The notes under the pieces: generated by a model | The model's input: only the letters and a program-made list of their open reading frames with translations | Database searches by the model: none | What the model was told of the DNA's origin: nothing | Part shown: positions 1 through 14,948 of the stretch, one piece after another | How positions within the stretch are numbered: position 1 is the stretch's first letter | How the letters are laid out: every line of letters starts with the position of its first letter | DNA from: Ruditapes philippinarum | Lineage: Eukaryota | Assembly (NCBI RefSeq): GCF_026571515.1 | Contig: NW_026851853.1 | Coordinates: 1-62,625 of the forward strand | Direction of reading: 5' to 3' | DNA length: 62,625 bases | Program-made: the position numbers and the translations under genes

Positions 1-1599
1 TTGCAGCTAATATTATATAATACATGTACATAGAACAACTCATCAATTAACGTTCTGTCAACGAAAAATGAATACTACAAAAAACAACAAACAACAAAAT
101 AACACACACACAACATTCCAGAACAAAACAAATAGCATTACTAATAACTTAGTATCAAGTTTCTGGTTCAAATGAGCATTATAATAACATATTGTAACAA
201 CCTCTCGTATTTTTTGTCATTTATTAGGGAGAACAGGATCTTGTACTATGATATGTATTAGAGACAATAAACAATGAAATATGGCCATCGCCTGACCTCT
301 CCCAATTTCAGCATTATTCTGATGATATCTATGCCTAGAAGTGCTGTCCACATTTTTGTTCGAATGAGTTGGAACAGAACATGTAACATGACTGTACGGG
401 TCCCCTGGAGGCGGTGTGACTGTATTAGAATTATGTTTGAAGGTGATCATTTAAGCTAATACTGCTCTCTATGCTTGAAAAAACAAAAATTAATTATAAC
501 ACTGGAAAAAATAATGAATGTTCATTTACATGCCATTTTCATACTTAAAGAAAAACACTGGGTACAATGTTTTAGAAAGAAAAACATACATGTATAAGAT
601 CTTACAAACTGTTTAGTTATTAGTTTTCTAGATATAGTTTTGATGATAAAATACGACAGGGTATGCTTTGAATTTTTAAATCGTTTTGTTAGAGGGAGTC
701 ACCCAGGTGGAAGTTAGAGGAAGTTCACTTTTTTTCACGTTTAACCTGCATGTGCCTGAATTAAATTAGAAGTGTCAGCATGTGCTTTGAAATAATTGTG
801 GCATCTTAATTTTTGTAAGAAATCAATTATCCTATCAGATTGATGGGTGAAGTTCAGCCGCACATAAGTCTTGCCTGAGATTAAACTGTCGATAATGTAC
901 TTTATTTTTGATTTAAAAGGCTCCTCATACTTCTTTTACATTAAATAAATTAAACGGTTTATCAAATTCAAAGCAAGAAAAATCAAGTAATGACATTCAG
1001 AAGTGGGGTACGGGCTAATTAATTAACAAAAAGTCAGTTGTGATGAAATATTGTTTAAAGTATATTGGGATTTATCAAAGAGGAGTTTATGTCCTAACAA
1101 ACACATTCCACTGTGCCATGTTTAGCAAATCAACAAAGATTGGCATTCTTCTACAAGTTTTTATGTCAAACTAAAGACACTGGTAAGGAGTTGTAAAAAT
1201 TGCCCAGATTGATTTTCTGTAAAAATGTGATTGATTAAGTAGATTAGATGTGATTGTAAGGTAGTTTTTGATTGCCATTCTTCAATGTTTGATCTTGCTG
1301 AAGTATGATTGATCTAGGATGAACACCAGGAGTTTGTTTTTCTAAAATTACCTGCTCACAGTGTTGCTCAAAGTTGTGTTGCCTGTTATATCATGTTGTT
1401 TGTTATATTGTGTTGCCTGTTGTATTGTGTTGCCTGTTGTATTCTGTTGTTGTCTGTCAGTGTGGTTTCAGTCAGACCTCCTCAGATATACTGTCACTTT
1501 TGTGGGCAAATGTCGATAAATGGACAAATAAGAAAACATTCAGGTGAAAGTAGAATTACAAAATAAAATTAAATAAATGACCCTCCTAAAACAGATTCG

Positions 1600-1960
1600 A
1601 AAATGAAAATTATGAAATCCAAAATGAAATAATGAACACAGGAAATGAAATAATGAATTCCAAAATGAAATAATTGGCTAACAAATAAAATATGGGACAC
1701 ATAAATGAAACAATGGACTGAAAAATGAAAATAATTCTGGATCAGAAATCATTTATAGGACTCAGAAATGAAAAAATGGACTCGTCAACGAAAGAAAGGG
1801 CACAATCATATATAGGACTCAGAAATGAAATAATGGACTCATCAATGAAATAAAGGGCTCAGAAATAAAATAAAGGACTCAGAAATAAAATAATGGACTC
1901 AGAAATCAAATAATGGACTCAGAAATGAAAAAATGGACTCAGATCAGAAATGAAATGATT
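1600..1960. repeat. ~21-bp minisatellite (ggactcagaaatgaaataat) in ASPP intron
   Basis: Units are directly visible and most homogeneous from 1810 to 1945. Confidence 0.85.
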
Positions 1961-2984
1961 TAAAAAAAAATCACAAAAAAACGGTAATAAAAATTTTGAT
2001 TGCTATAGGTATTTCAATACAACATGTATTTTGATTGACAAGTTGTTTTTTTTTTAATAAAAAATTTCCTGTATTGTATGATTGTAATCAAATTTGATCA
2101 CACTTAAAGATAGTTTAAGTTGACAGGCTTGTTTGTTTAATGAAAAAAAAGTTATTATCACAACTTCCTTGTGAAATGAATATAAAAAACAAAACTTATT
2201 GTTTATTATCCAACTTCCTTGAATATAGAAAATTCCTTCCTATACCTTGTAAACATGTTTATAATGTCATAAACTATGATTAATGTTTGATAAACATGGA
2301 GTTAGAAGGGAGAAAACAGCAGTAAACATGTCATTTTAAACATGATATATTTTGGCTATAGACAGCAGAGGTCATTCTGTAATATTTTAAACATTTAGTA
2401 AATTGTGCATACAAGGAAACACCCATAAACTATATATCCTCTTTACCAAGTAAAACTATTACATGATTTGGAAAAAATATTACATGTATAATGAGGGATT
2501 ATTTTTTTATTCAGTTGTTAAAATCTGATCTTATGTTTTGGAGGTAATCTTTAAGTTCCTAGTTCCTTCAAACTGTGAAATATATCCACTTTACAAAGTA
2601 AAGCTAAAACATGATTTGGAAAAAATATTATATTGAGGGAATGATTTCTCCTAAATTGTAAAAATCGGATATTATGATTTGAAGGTTATTTTATATAGTT
2701 CCTGTGAAATCACTTTCCAACAACATTTTTTTTTTTTTCTCCCTCATAATATTTACAGTAAAGATATTAAGGCCAAATTTTGTTAGATTGGTTTCTTATT
2801 TTTTCTTATGAAATTGTGAAAGGTAAATACAGGAGCTAAGTATAGAAACCTTAAGTAAACATGCTTTTATGTTAAAATTGAAATTGAACTTTTACCTTTA
2901 TTTCAGTTAAATTGAAACTCTCTTGGAATGCTTTATTGATAACAGATTTAAATTTTTTTTATATTTATTTAATATATATATTTT

Positions 2985-3235
2985 TGGTTTGGTTGGGTTT
3001 AACATATCGCCAACACAGTAGTAATCATAATTATGGCCACATTCCAGCTGAACTGGTGGAGGAAGACCTCAGATGGCCATCTGTGCATTATTTCAGGCAC
3101 AAATAGCCACCTGAGTAGAACCACCGGCGTTCTGTAAACTATCTAGATCATCTAAGCTTCCTCACATGAAAGAATCCAAACTCCTTGGTGTGATTCGAAA
3201 CCCACAGCGTTGAGGGGCAAGTGGATTAAACAGAT
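2985..3235 (-). mobile_element. tRNA-derived SINE, degenerate
   Basis: Shares tggtggaggaagacc and cacctgagtagaaccacc with 13795-14040 and 61712-61820; B-box-like ggtttcgaatc on the minus strand; (aacca)n tail. Confidence 0.65.
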
Positions 3236-3291
3236 AGTATGAAATATGCCTGAATTTCCTGTAGACAGATATTACCATTATATATTTACAG

Positions 3292-6200
3292 ATTATGAGC
3301 TGGAGTCCATTAAAGCATTGTTCAATGAAAAAGAGAAAGAGTTGGCGATGGCTGTGGCCAAGGTGGAGGAAATGACCCGGCAACTGGAGGAGATTCGTAG
3401 CGGCAGGGTCAAGGCCAGTACCAACACTCAGAGTCCTGCGGCCCTTGCTGAACTGGAAAAACTGAAAAAAGAACTGATGGTATGTACCTTATCATAATCA
3501 CACTTCAAAGTCTTAATTTAACTGTTCAGTCTATAATTATTATATATTAAAGGAACTCCAAGAAGGTCAAAAAGCTTGAAAACATAAAATTTGAATTTCT
3601 TACATAGATCATTTGGGGCAGTCAAAATAGAAAGATATGTCAAAGGATAATTAAGAAATATAAAGATTTAAAAGATGTAAAGATCAACACATTACCATCA
3701 GCTAGTCCCTGCTGAACTTGAAAACACTTCAAAATGAATAGTTGGAAGGTTCTAAATTTTTGAGCAAAGGCTACAATGTAGCTTTTTACCTAGAGCAGTA
3801 ATTTAAAAAAAAAATATCATCTTCAGTGATACATTGTTGTTCTGTGAATTTAGTATTATCAATGTGTGATGTTATTTTCTTGATGAAATGTGGATGTTAA
3901 AACATGTTTGTATACTTCTAGTATGTATATATTCCTATGGGAAATCATAGAAATGTTACAGAAGTTTGAGTATTTCTCTGATATTTTGTGCTCAATAACA
4001 AAAAACGTCTTCATAGTTATCACACACAGCTGTCAGCAATTTGTTAGAACATACATGAGTATGATTACTGTTATATAAACCTAGAAGTCAATGTTCTGTT
4101 TTATACATCATGAAAATCAATATGAACTTCAACAATTAGCTATCACCAAAGCTAAATATAACATGATACATTGGGTTCATAACATGCTAGTCAAGGGATG
4201 ACGTGTGTGTGTCATATTTCATAACAGTTTTCATGGTAATTAATATCGTACATGGTGAATGATCATTCCTTCCATGTTATTTTGCCATTTATACATCATA
4301 TTAATCATTCCATTTAGTGCAGCATTATATAAATCACAATTTTTTTCCCCCAATAATCAAAACATTATATTCATATTATTCAGTGCATGATTGAAATATG
4401 GTGCACACAAGTACAAATACATATCAATAGCTTGTTTAAACGAAATAAATTTGAATCGTTTTCAGATACGTAACAAGTTGAATGAAAATCAGAGTAATAA
4501 GATGGCCTCGAATCGTGAACTGCTGGCAAAAAGAAAAGATGAATTGGCTCGGATGGACAATAGAATTCATGAGTTACAGATGAGATTGAAGAAGAAACGG
4601 TCTACAAATGCTGAAATGGCCGAACAGAATAAAAACCACATGAATAAGACAAATCTTAACAATAAAGTTATTAATAGACCTCCCCCAAACATTGCAGCTA
4701 TCGAACCTTTTGTGCAAGAGCCGCCTAACAATACAGGGGGATTTGGGAAAAAGGATCCCAAATACCAGTCCCTGCCTCCAAGTTCAAAGTTCATGTACCC
4801 GGAGAAAGGGAACCGACAAAGGGAAACAAACAATAATAATGTAAATTATAATTCTAATAATTCTAAGCAGTACGATCCTGATAAATCTGAGGAATATACT
4901 ATACCATTGGTCGTTTCTGTAGACAGCAACAACAAACCTATGCAAAATGGCCTTCCTTCTCCGAAACAAAGTCCAGTGGGTGAGCCTCAGCCTAATCAAG
5001 GATACCAAGCTTACCCAACCCCTAGCTCTTTACAAATCCCTCAATCAATACCCAGTAGCCTGGCACCTCAAAATATTCGTTTTGGAAGTGGTATTCCAGC
5101 TAGGTCAGGGGTATCACACTTTACACCTAAACCTTATGGAAGCACTTATAGTTCATCAATTTTACCAAACAGAGGGATAAGTACGGTACCCAATGAACAA
5201 AACAACTATGATCTCCAAGATGAGATTAGGCAGTCTGGTAGTGGTCAAAGTTCACCAGGTTCAGTTGAGAGCGCAAATAGTGCAAATTCAAAACTGTTAC
5301 CACCATATCATCAACGTGAAGGGCCTCTTCCTCCAAGTAAGCCACAGGTAGTACCAACTAACTCCAAAGGACATCCACAAGATGTCCAGCTTGCTAATAA
5401 AGGTCCTCAGAAGGAGAATTTATCACAAAATAAAACACCACCACCTCCAGTTCCAAATAGATCCGGAAACCGACCAGAAAATACGCAAGCTAATACAGGT
5501 CAAGTTCCAAGTGTTTCAAGATCACAGCATAGTTCAAGTGCCTCACCTGAAAATTTAAGTGACTCAGAACAAACGAATATGTCTGTTTCTAAGGGTATAC
5601 AAAAATTTACGGGACTTATAGCTCAGACTTCACAAGATGGGTCTAAAACCCAAGGTGCTAATATCAACTCAGGGGGATTTTCCAATCTCAACCATGCCTC
5701 AGCACTTGGCGCAGTTACAGGGAGATCTGTGCCAACATACAGATATGCATCTAAAAGTGTGATAGCAAACACATATCTCGGCAGGTTAGACAATGAAGCC
5801 TTACAAAAATATCAGAAAAATGTGCTGAGTTTACATAGAGATTTAAGTGCAAGTAGTAGTGTGGATGAAGTTAGTCCAACTCAGAAAACTGTATCAAATA
5901 ATTTAAATGATAAATTAAAAGACGAAGAGAAAGATTCTCTATCACCGTTATCGAGTGTTAGCTCGCCAGCAGGATCGACTCCGTCACCTGCTAGTCCGTC
6001 ACGACCTCCTAACTATCCTTTCGATTTTCCCGCAACTCCACCTCATGCAGACGTTGCATCAGATAAAGTTAGCTATAAGCCAAACACCCCTAAAAACATT
6101 CGTAGAAGACATTCTGATAGTGACAATGAGGAGGTTGGTAAAGCATTACATAAATACGGAATTAATACAAATGCAAATAAAAATCCACCTGCACAAGAAA

Positions 6201-9200
6201 ACCAACTTATATTGTTGGAGAACAAACAAGGACCTGTTGAAATTCAGGCAACGACTTTTAGTGATCATATTCCTGAAACAGTGCTCTTAGACAATAAAGG
6301 AAATATTGTAGAAGTTATTGATAATGTTAAAGATACAAATAAAACTAAAACAGAAGATAGTGCTAATAATGTTAAATCTTCACCAGTGACAATAGAAGTT
6401 AAATCAAATGAACCAAAGGTGAAGAAAAAGACAAATTTGAAAAATAGTAATTCTAAGAAGAATGCAAATCGTGTAAGTTTCGACCCATTAGCCTTGCTGC
6501 TAGATGCATCACTAGAAGGAGAATTAGACCTTGTCCGGAGATGTGCTGTGCAGGTTAGTATTCTTTCATCATTAATTCATAAAGGCCCATTATGCCCCAT
6601 ATATGCTAATATTTTTATTTCTCAAAAGCTTTTTAGTTTTGGTGCCAAATTAAAAATTTCCAAAAAGTTATTGATTGCCCAATTCCCTGAACCATGTTTT
6701 GCTTCTGTTGCTTTTTGGCTTAGTATTAACATTGTTACAGTAATTAAGTTTTTTGTATGGAAGTCAAAATACTACTTTGATTTACATTTTGCCACTTTCA
6801 ATACAAATTAGTTCACATTCAGTACAAGGTAAAAAGCATCTAACATGTCTAAAATCATTATTTAAACATTATGAAAATTCATGCTTGCCCTTTCTAATGA
6901 AGGAAAAATTCAATCGTTTCTAAGGCATAACCTGCCTTTAAAGTAAACTTGGGGAATTATAGACACCACTCTTTTTTTCTTTCATGACAAATGTTTCTAG
7001 TACAAAATGATACTTAAATTTGATATACCACAAAATTTGATATACCACAATGCAAAAAATATTTCATGGAAAGTAAGAACTGTTCAAATGAATCTGTTAC
7101 ACGATATATGAACATTAGATTTGTTTTCCTAATATATTGTTATGACATTCTGTACAATAGTTCCATTATGGTGTACAATTTCACAAAATGTGCAGAGTTT
7201 TATTTACATGGAACAAAAAAAAAAGGGTGAAAAACCAGTGATATTTAAATGCACTGTATTTAATGATGAAGGTTTATAATTGATTCTTTTTATTCAGTGG
7301 GTATACAGTGGGTATAGATTTGAATGTACTGCAACATCTTTTAAAAGTAAGATTCAATGTAGATCTATATAATATAGTAACTCCTATTATATAATATAAC
7401 CCGTTACTGCACTAAGGTGACAATACACTGATTAAATGGTGCCAAAAAAGCAAAAATGAAATCAACCCCAAAATTCAGATACAAATTTGCAATCAAGACT
7501 TTTATCAATTGATAAGTAAAAGAAATTTATAATAAACTACTGTACTCAAATCAGTTTGAATTTTCCATTTTTGATGTTGACTTTTTTAGAAATTTTATAT
7601 TGATCTTTTTGCTTGTGTCTAATCTAGATTATAATTGGTATTAATCTTACTCTGATCAGTGTGATACACTAATATATCAGTGAGATATTTTCAATATCAC
7701 ACCCTGTACTGTACATAACTCATTATTAGAAATTAATATTTTCAATAAGCTTATCATAAGTTATTACTGTATTTTTTTCCATTGTTTTTACAGGTATAAA
7801 TGTACATGTTTATTGAAAAAGTAAATATAAAAATATTAAAATTCGTTTTATTTCTCTTGTATAAAATATAGCTGTATTCAAAACAAACTGATGTTTTTCT
7901 GTATATATCAGGTTGACAATGTGAGTGCTTCAAACGATGAGGGTATCACAGCTCTACACAATGCCATCTGTGCAGGACATTATGAAATTGTGACATTCCT
8001 AGTAGAGTTTGGATGTGACGTCAATTCACCAGATAGTGATGGATGGTTAGTACAAGTTTTAACATGTTTAAATATTTTGTTATGTTATGGAAAGCCTTTT
8101 TTGATAACAATAGGTGTCAATTATCTTCAAGAGGTGTAAATCTATAAAACCCATAATAAAGCATCAGCAGAGTTGGTATCATCTGTATAGTGATAATTGG
8201 CATCTGACCTCTAACCTGTTGAATTTCTTAAATGGACTTTTCCGACTTGCAGGTTTGGAACTGGTCATTATCAATTTTGGGGATATCAGTATGAAAATTA
8301 TGGTTAAGTTGGTCAGTAGTGTTAACTTGGACAAATTGTGCGGATGTACTGGCTGGTCTGGCTCTATACTAGTGGCCAAGACTAATCATGATAGGCTTCA
8401 GTAGGGAAGGACGCTCTTATATAAAATGGCGGCAATACTGCAAAATTATTATTATTCATGGGGAACTAATTTTCGTGGCCGTGGATAGGTTTGTCCATGA
8501 ATTTAAAATCCAGTGAAATTTCATTTCATCTGCTGTAAGATTATTTTGCATCACATTTACATTTTACCTTTTGGAAAAATAAACAGTCCATGAATTTAAG
8601 AGCTGACAGAAATGTTTTTTTTGTAACAAAACCACGAAATTTCATGCCCAAGCATTAAATGAATTCACAGTAATTGATTGTTTTATTGTAACAGGACACC
8701 ACTTCATTGTGCTGCCTCGTGTAACAATCTGCCGATGGTAAAGTTCCTGGTGGAACATGGTGCATGTATATTTGCGACAACGATCAGCGACCATGAGACT
8801 GCCGCTGAGAAATGCGAGGAAGACGAGGACGGCTATGACGGTTGTTCTGAATATTTATACAGTAAGTATCATGTTGGTGGCTTAATGTGAATTCTGGTCT
8901 TATGTCATATATATTGTAAGAATATAACAACAACAACAACAAATGAGCCACGACATGACAAAACAAACATAGTGGGTTTGCGACCAGCATGGATCCAGAC
9001 CAGCCTGCTCAGTCTGATCAGGATCCATGCTGTTCACTATCAGTTTCTCTACTTGTAATAGAGTTTGTAAGCGAACAGCATGGATCCTGCTCAGACTGCG
9101 CAGGTTGGTCTGGATCCATGCTGGTCGCAAACACATTACTTTGGTTTTGTCGTGACGCGGCTCAAATTATTTTTTTTGCTATACCTCCAGCCCATGCATA

Positions 9201-11664
9201 TAAGAATTACAATTGTTTCATCCAAAATTCAGGTTGTCTTGTTTGTCAAACCTACTCATAGCATAGTTGTAACATAATACACCAGTTTATGGTTGGGTGT
9301 AATATATATTTCCACATTTCATATTGATGACTTTTCAAGCAGTTTAACTTGTATTTTTAAGAAGAATCATTACACACTCTATATGAATCCAGTGAGGGAA
9401 GATTTAATGTGAAAATGCTGATTTTTGAAAAAAATATATATTCTGAAAATATTTTCCGATCTTATGAATAATTGGCCATCCTTTAGCTAGCCTATCTTCA
9501 TTACCAGGCCTTACCTTTCCATACCCAGCAAGTGCTACATTTATATTATACTTTGTAAATATTCAAATCTCTATCTTATGAACAAAATTGGTTTGTCATT
9601 AATGTATACTGATACATGCATTTGCAACTGGATTTATATGTCATAATATATAGATAGGTTTGATTTATTGCTTCAGAAAGATTTCAATATTAAAATCTGT
9701 CTAAATTTTCTCTCTAGAAATTTATTTATATTTGAAATATCAAATGTATCATTTTCATGCTACCTGTTCACATTTGACTTTAATTATTCTTTACTGTTGA
9801 CAATTACTTATTTCTGTTGCCTTTCCTTTTGAGTTTCTCATGAAATGTATATATTATTACAAATGTATATAATTTGAACTTGGAATGTTAAATGAAATAA
9901 CGGCCACAGAATCATGATATTACCGGTATTACAGTATAATTCAATGACAATTTCTTGGAAATATTGGCATTAAATCAAAAGTTACTCTGTTTATATGCCC
10001 CTTTGATGTTGGAATGTAAACATAAAAGCTACATCTTGCTCATAGAAACAATATATTGTTGGTATATACAGTACATGATTTATTTTTTTCAAGTTTTTTA
10101 AACTTTTTTTTTTGGACATTTGTTGTTGTATAAAAGCATATCATTTAGGATAATTGACTTGTTCTGGCAGATGGAAAATTGGCAGTTATAGTAAAGCTTG
10201 CTATACTTGGTCATTCTTTGAACTTTCAGTTGTCATTCAAGATTCAATTACAATACAATATAAATAATTATCATATATATTATTAATGTGTACAACAAAC
10301 ATAGTTGAAAAATGTCCCTTCCCCTTTCAAAAATCCATCTGTTGAATTGTAATTTTCAGTACATGTAATTTAAAAATAGATCAGGAAAGAGTTTATGTTG
10401 GTACTAAAGGTGAATCAAGTTGACAAAGATCTATAAAGATTTAGATTTTATATTGGTTTGTTGATAATTACAAAAAAATAAAACAACAAAAAACAACAAC
10501 AACAAACATCAACAGAAAAGGATCTATTCAGTTGTAGTGATTTTGTAAACCTGCCACATTTAATATACAATATAAACTCTGGAATTGCTTTTATTCTGGA
10601 GCCTTTACAAAACTTGGCGTATACTTTTTATCAGTTGCCATTTTACAATCAAGGCAGTAAAAGGGTGTCATCACTAACTATTATCCAAGAACATTTTCAA
10701 TACTATCCCTGTCCTTACATTTAGAAAATAAAAACATTCTTTTTATCTAACAGGCATTCAAGAAAAACTTGGCATTATGAACAACGGTGCTGTGTACGCA
10801 GTGTTTGACTACGCAAAAGAGAATACGGATGAACTTGACCTGAATATTGGAGAAAAATTTACAATTTTGAAGAAAGGGGATGAGTGTGAAAAGGAATGGT
10901 GGTGGGCGAGAAACGATGAGAAGCAAACTCAAGGATACATACCGAGAAACCTCTTAGGGGTAATTATTTCATTATTGTCAGTACTCGAGTTGTAGGCAAC
11001 TTCTTGGGCATAAGTTTTTCCCTTTTGTACCAGTTATAAGTGATAAATTCAGATTTGGTTTTTGTAACTCTAAAAGTGAATAAAGCTATATATCTGCTAC
11101 TGTTTACATTTTGAAAATAAAATGTATGAAAGTATAAAAGAATATGCTTGTATATTACCTTACGAGTGAATGGAGACATTTGTGCGGTTTACTATACTCT
11201 TATACAGTTAGCTTTATTTCACTTTCTTTGGTACTGAAATCACTTAAATTCCAACCAAACTCAGCATTTTTGTTGTTAAAGGGAGATAAATCTTGGTTGA
11301 AAAACCTGAAAAACCAAGGTTTTTTGCACCAGTTATGCTACATTTTTTTATTTCATCATTTTACTCTATTTTTCACCCTTTTGTACATTAAGACTAATGA
11401 ATTAGATGAAAGAAAAAGAAATTTAAAGTGTTAGTAAATCAAGTAGCTATTGTACTCATCCAGGAAGTTAACCCCCGCAAGGAGTTTGTTGAAATACATC
11501 ATTTGTGGATAAAGGGAAGTAACCCTTGTAGGGAGTTTGTTGAAATACATCATTTGCAGATAAAGGGATAAATATCTGTATGATAATATTTTATATGCTC
11601 CCTTTCTCCATTTCAGCTTACAGCCAGAGTTATTCCAAGAGTCCAGCCAAATGGTGATGTGTAA
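3292..11664 (+). CDS. ASPP: ASPP-family protein (apoptosis-stimulating of p53 / PP1 regulatory subunit 13-like), 5'-partial; exons 3292-3479, 4466-6553, 7912-8045, 8695-8861, 10754-10959, 11617-11664
   Basis: All introns are GT-AG with consistent phases (0,0,2,1,0). The protein has a coiled coil ([24 protein letters not shown]), a long Pro/Ser-rich region, [18 protein letters not shown], ankyrin repeats ([26 protein letters not shown]) and an SH3 domain (VYAVFDY...EKEWWWA...[10 protein letters not shown]), with a stop at 11662-11664. The first exon seen starts in phase 1, so the N-terminus lies outside the window. Confidence 0.95.
8945..9163. mobile_element. Palindromic MITE (Sola-like, GAG...CTC termini), copy 1, ASPP intron
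   Basis: Long inverted arms; AAAT duplicated at 8941-8944 and 9164-9167; small internal deletions relative to the 235-bp copies. Confidence 0.85.
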
Positions 11665-11989
11665 TTGAATGCTGTACTGGAATACATATCAAATTCCTTG
11701 TGATAGAAAGAGATAAATCTAATTTACAGACAATAGAAGAAAACAAATTTATCTAGAACTTTATTCTTCTAATGCATTGGTTTCTTTCGAGGGAATGAGA
11801 TTTTTATTTGATATATATTATTTTTTACTCTCTGTGCTGTCAAATTTTAAAATTGACTTTACAGTAACAAATTTTTTTCTTCTTTTACATGTATATTTCA
11901 AATGGAATAAATCATATTTAACTTTTTTTGTCTTGCATGTTTTTATAGATATTTCATGTATTTTACTAATTTTACATCAATTAATAAAT

Positions 11990-12170
11990 AGTCGCGTCAT
12001 GACAAAACTAACATAGTGTATTTGCGACCAGCATGGATCCAGACCAGCCTGCGCATCTGTGCAGTCTGATCAGGATCCATGCTGTTCGCTTACAAACCCT
12101 ATAAAAAGTAGAGAAACTGGATCCATGCTGGTCACAAACGCATAATGTTGGTTTTGTCGTGACGCGGCTC
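11990..12170. mobile_element. Palindromic MITE copy 2 (internally deleted), about 330 bp downstream of the ASPP stop
   Basis: Same arms (cgtcatgacaaaac...gtcgtgacgcggctc) as the other copies. Confidence 0.8.
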
Positions 12171-12734
12171 AAATGTAGTATAATGAAGGGTGTACACTTT
12201 TTCAAATTAAAAACAAGTTTACATATAAACTATAAAGTAATGTTAAACTGAATTGAATTTCAAGTACCAGAAAGTTGAAGTCTCTTTAAAATTTAAACGA
12301 AGAACTATTTTCAGGGGAAAAAAAAGAAAACACTGAAAATAAAATGTTTGTATATACTTTTACATATATTCATGTATTAGGAAAATAAAATAAAATGCCA
12401 GATACTCTATCTGATATATTTTTTTATATAACTAACACTCCACCTAATTAGAATATTTGTTGATGCAATTTTTGCTATGATTAAATTTTTTTCGGAACTA
12501 TGAATTTAGATAGTATTTCACCTGTGAAGTATTTGTTTGTCACTGGATATTGTCAAGGTGATATTGTAGACAACACAGAGTTGAAAATAATGTTGCAAAT
12601 TTTGATCTCCTAGTAATTTTATATAAATCTTCTTTTTTGCTAACAATATATACCAAAAATTACTTTTCATTTGATAGTTTGAAAGGAAGTAATTTACAAA
12701 TATGAAAAAGAATTTTTTTTTTATATCTCCTGTT

Positions 12735-12925
12735 AGGGGAGAAGTAGCCTAGTGGTTAAAGTGCCTACCTGTCAACATAGAGATGGTAGGATTAAGCCCC
12801 AACTGACGTTACATCCAGGTTTTCCTCACATGACACCAGTACTGGTTAGTCCCAAGAAACAAATGAGTTCTGATTTAGTACTAGGAAACAGATTCCAGAG
12901 TTGTTCAAATAGCAATGAGCTTTCT
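12735..12925 (+). mobile_element. tRNA-derived SINE, second family
   Basis: The head gtagcctagtggttaaagtg has an A box; the body reads catgacaccagtactggttagtccca. No complete cloverleaf. Confidence 0.55.
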
Positions 12926-13794
12926 TATAAAATGAAAGTTAATAATGATTATTTAATAAGTAATTTATTATTTATAGTAATCACCGCAAGTGACATTATT
13001 TCACAAACATGACTTAATTAAGTCTTTTACATCATCATTTTGTGTTATTTCTGGTGTTGTTGTTTTTTTCAAAGTTATAAATATACTTTACCATTCCTTT
13101 GTTAACTTATGATGATCCTAGTATATTAAGATTAATTTTTGACACTGTAGGATTTTTATTATCTCCCCTTTTTCTGCCATTTTCTCTTTTGAATACAATT
13201 TATTTCAATTAAAACACATATTTATATGAACTTAATTGACTATACTTTTTAAAATTAGATTTTATTTCAACACTGTGTTGAACTTTTTGTTTATTATGCA
13301 AGTTGTTTTAATGTTTTTCTTTCTCTTTTTTAGTATTTGAGTTTTCTAAAAACATAATTGTTTTAATTATCTTTATTTATTTTGAATACAAGATAATTGT
13401 AACTCCAAGAAAGCAGTTTACAGATATTCTGTTTTTATAACTGTGTCTGAACCAAAATAAAGAGCTTGATTTTAAAAAAACCTGCACTCTTGTCCGATAT
13501 ATATAATGTACCAACGTCTTTATTTCTCGAGAGATATCAAATAAAATATTACAATTATATACTGGTAAAGTATCAACCAAAATCATATATTCCTCTTATT
13601 TTTATCTCTTCAAATTGTGTAGAATTAAAGAATTTAGAGGTAGAATGTTTATACTATTGTGCTACAAGATAGCTGTGCAATACAGTGATGTGTACATAAT
13701 TCTGTACAGTGTAATTAATAATATGAAACAAGTAAATTAAAAAACCTTTAGTCTTATTTGTCTTTCATTTTACTTATTTTATATATATATATAT

Positions 13795-14040
13795 TTCATT
13801 GGATTTCACGTCGCACCAACATAATATATAGGTTATATGGCAACTTTCCAGATTTATTGGTGGAGGAAGACCTCGGGTGCCCCTTAAGATTATTTCAGGC
13901 ATAAAGGGGCACCAAAGTAGAACCACCAAGGTTTTGACAGCGAGCTGGAAAGCTTTCTCACAGGAAAATTTAGAGATGCTGACATGGCTCAAACCTACAG
14001 GTCACAGACAAGTGGTTTGAAGTATACGACCTTAACCATT
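13795..14040 (-). mobile_element. tRNA-derived SINE, same family
   Basis: The minus strand has tggttaaggtcg (A-box region), gtggttctact, gtcttcctccaccaataaatctggaaagttgccatataaccta and a tgttggtgcgacgtgaaa end. Confidence 0.7.
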
Positions 14041-14948
14041 ACCTAATGAGAATATAAAAGTGGATATAGTTTGACATCTGCAACTCTCACTACTTGAATA
14101 ATATGCTTGTTGGTGGCTACAGGTTCTACCCATGTGACCAGTGCAGTCCAAAACTAGCTGGCACCTCGTTACTGTCTGAATATGGTCTACACTGTGCCCT
14201 ATCCAGTAAGCACATATTTTGAAATTTTCCCTTATAATGATGAATGGTTACATACAGATAGAAAGACCATTCAGCCTGGTAAAGGTCAAGAGGCCTGCAT
14301 ATGAACAACCGAACAAGATATGTCTTCTCTTGTTTTGCTATGGTAACAGAGAACTACTTAATCTGCTTATTAGTTATGAAATGGGAGACAACTCTGATGC
14401 TTACTTGTATTCATTAATATGAGTTACTGGCCCTTACTAGGATTACACTACATATGCTTTTCTAGGAATAAAAATCAAAGCAATTTATAAATTGTTTAAA
14501 TCTTATAACACCAAATCAATTATTTCTCAATAAAATATTAAAAGACACTTGAAAATGGGAAAGAATGTTGTATATTTTATACATTTACCTAGATTTGATA
14601 CAAAATTTTCATAGAGAAGATTAATGTGTTCTCCCTAAAAGCTAAACCAATACTGGCACAGTTATCTTGAAATAAATCTCAGTAGCTTACACATGGTTCT
14701 GAAATACACCTGTAGTTTTCAAAATTCTCTTAATAAGAAAAAAAAAACAACAACAACAAATGGAGGACTTAATTTATACTAAAAAAAGTAACCTAGTCAT
14801 TCTATTGGTTGTTGAAAACTTTGCAGACCTGTTACAACTGGAAATTTCCTCTAAATTCCCACTTAAGAGATACGCTTTTCTTAGTGTGATAATGTGATTT
14901 GGATGCTACCAGTTACAGGCTGTTTATGGGCATTTTATGTAATTGATG

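Noticed and set aside
217-1190. Additional ASPP coding exon or short ORFs at the window start, including the donor-like ctg|gtaagg near 1182
   Set aside because: No ASPP-like sequence, and no ATG in the phase needed to join exon 3292; a non-coding alternative first exon cannot be excluded.
6554-6811. Hydrophobic C-terminal tail of the 806-aa ORF as a transmembrane segment
   Set aside because: It is intron read-through after the CAG|gttagt donor; the ankyrin sequence continues at 7912.
8900-9277. Short ORFs with recurring peptides ([17 protein letters not shown]), also at 12.0, 30.2 and 42.2 kb
   Set aside because: They are translations of the palindromic MITE, not a peptide family.
12735-12810. 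Functional tRNA gene
   Set aside because: The B box is degraded, there is no acceptor stem and a SINE body follows.
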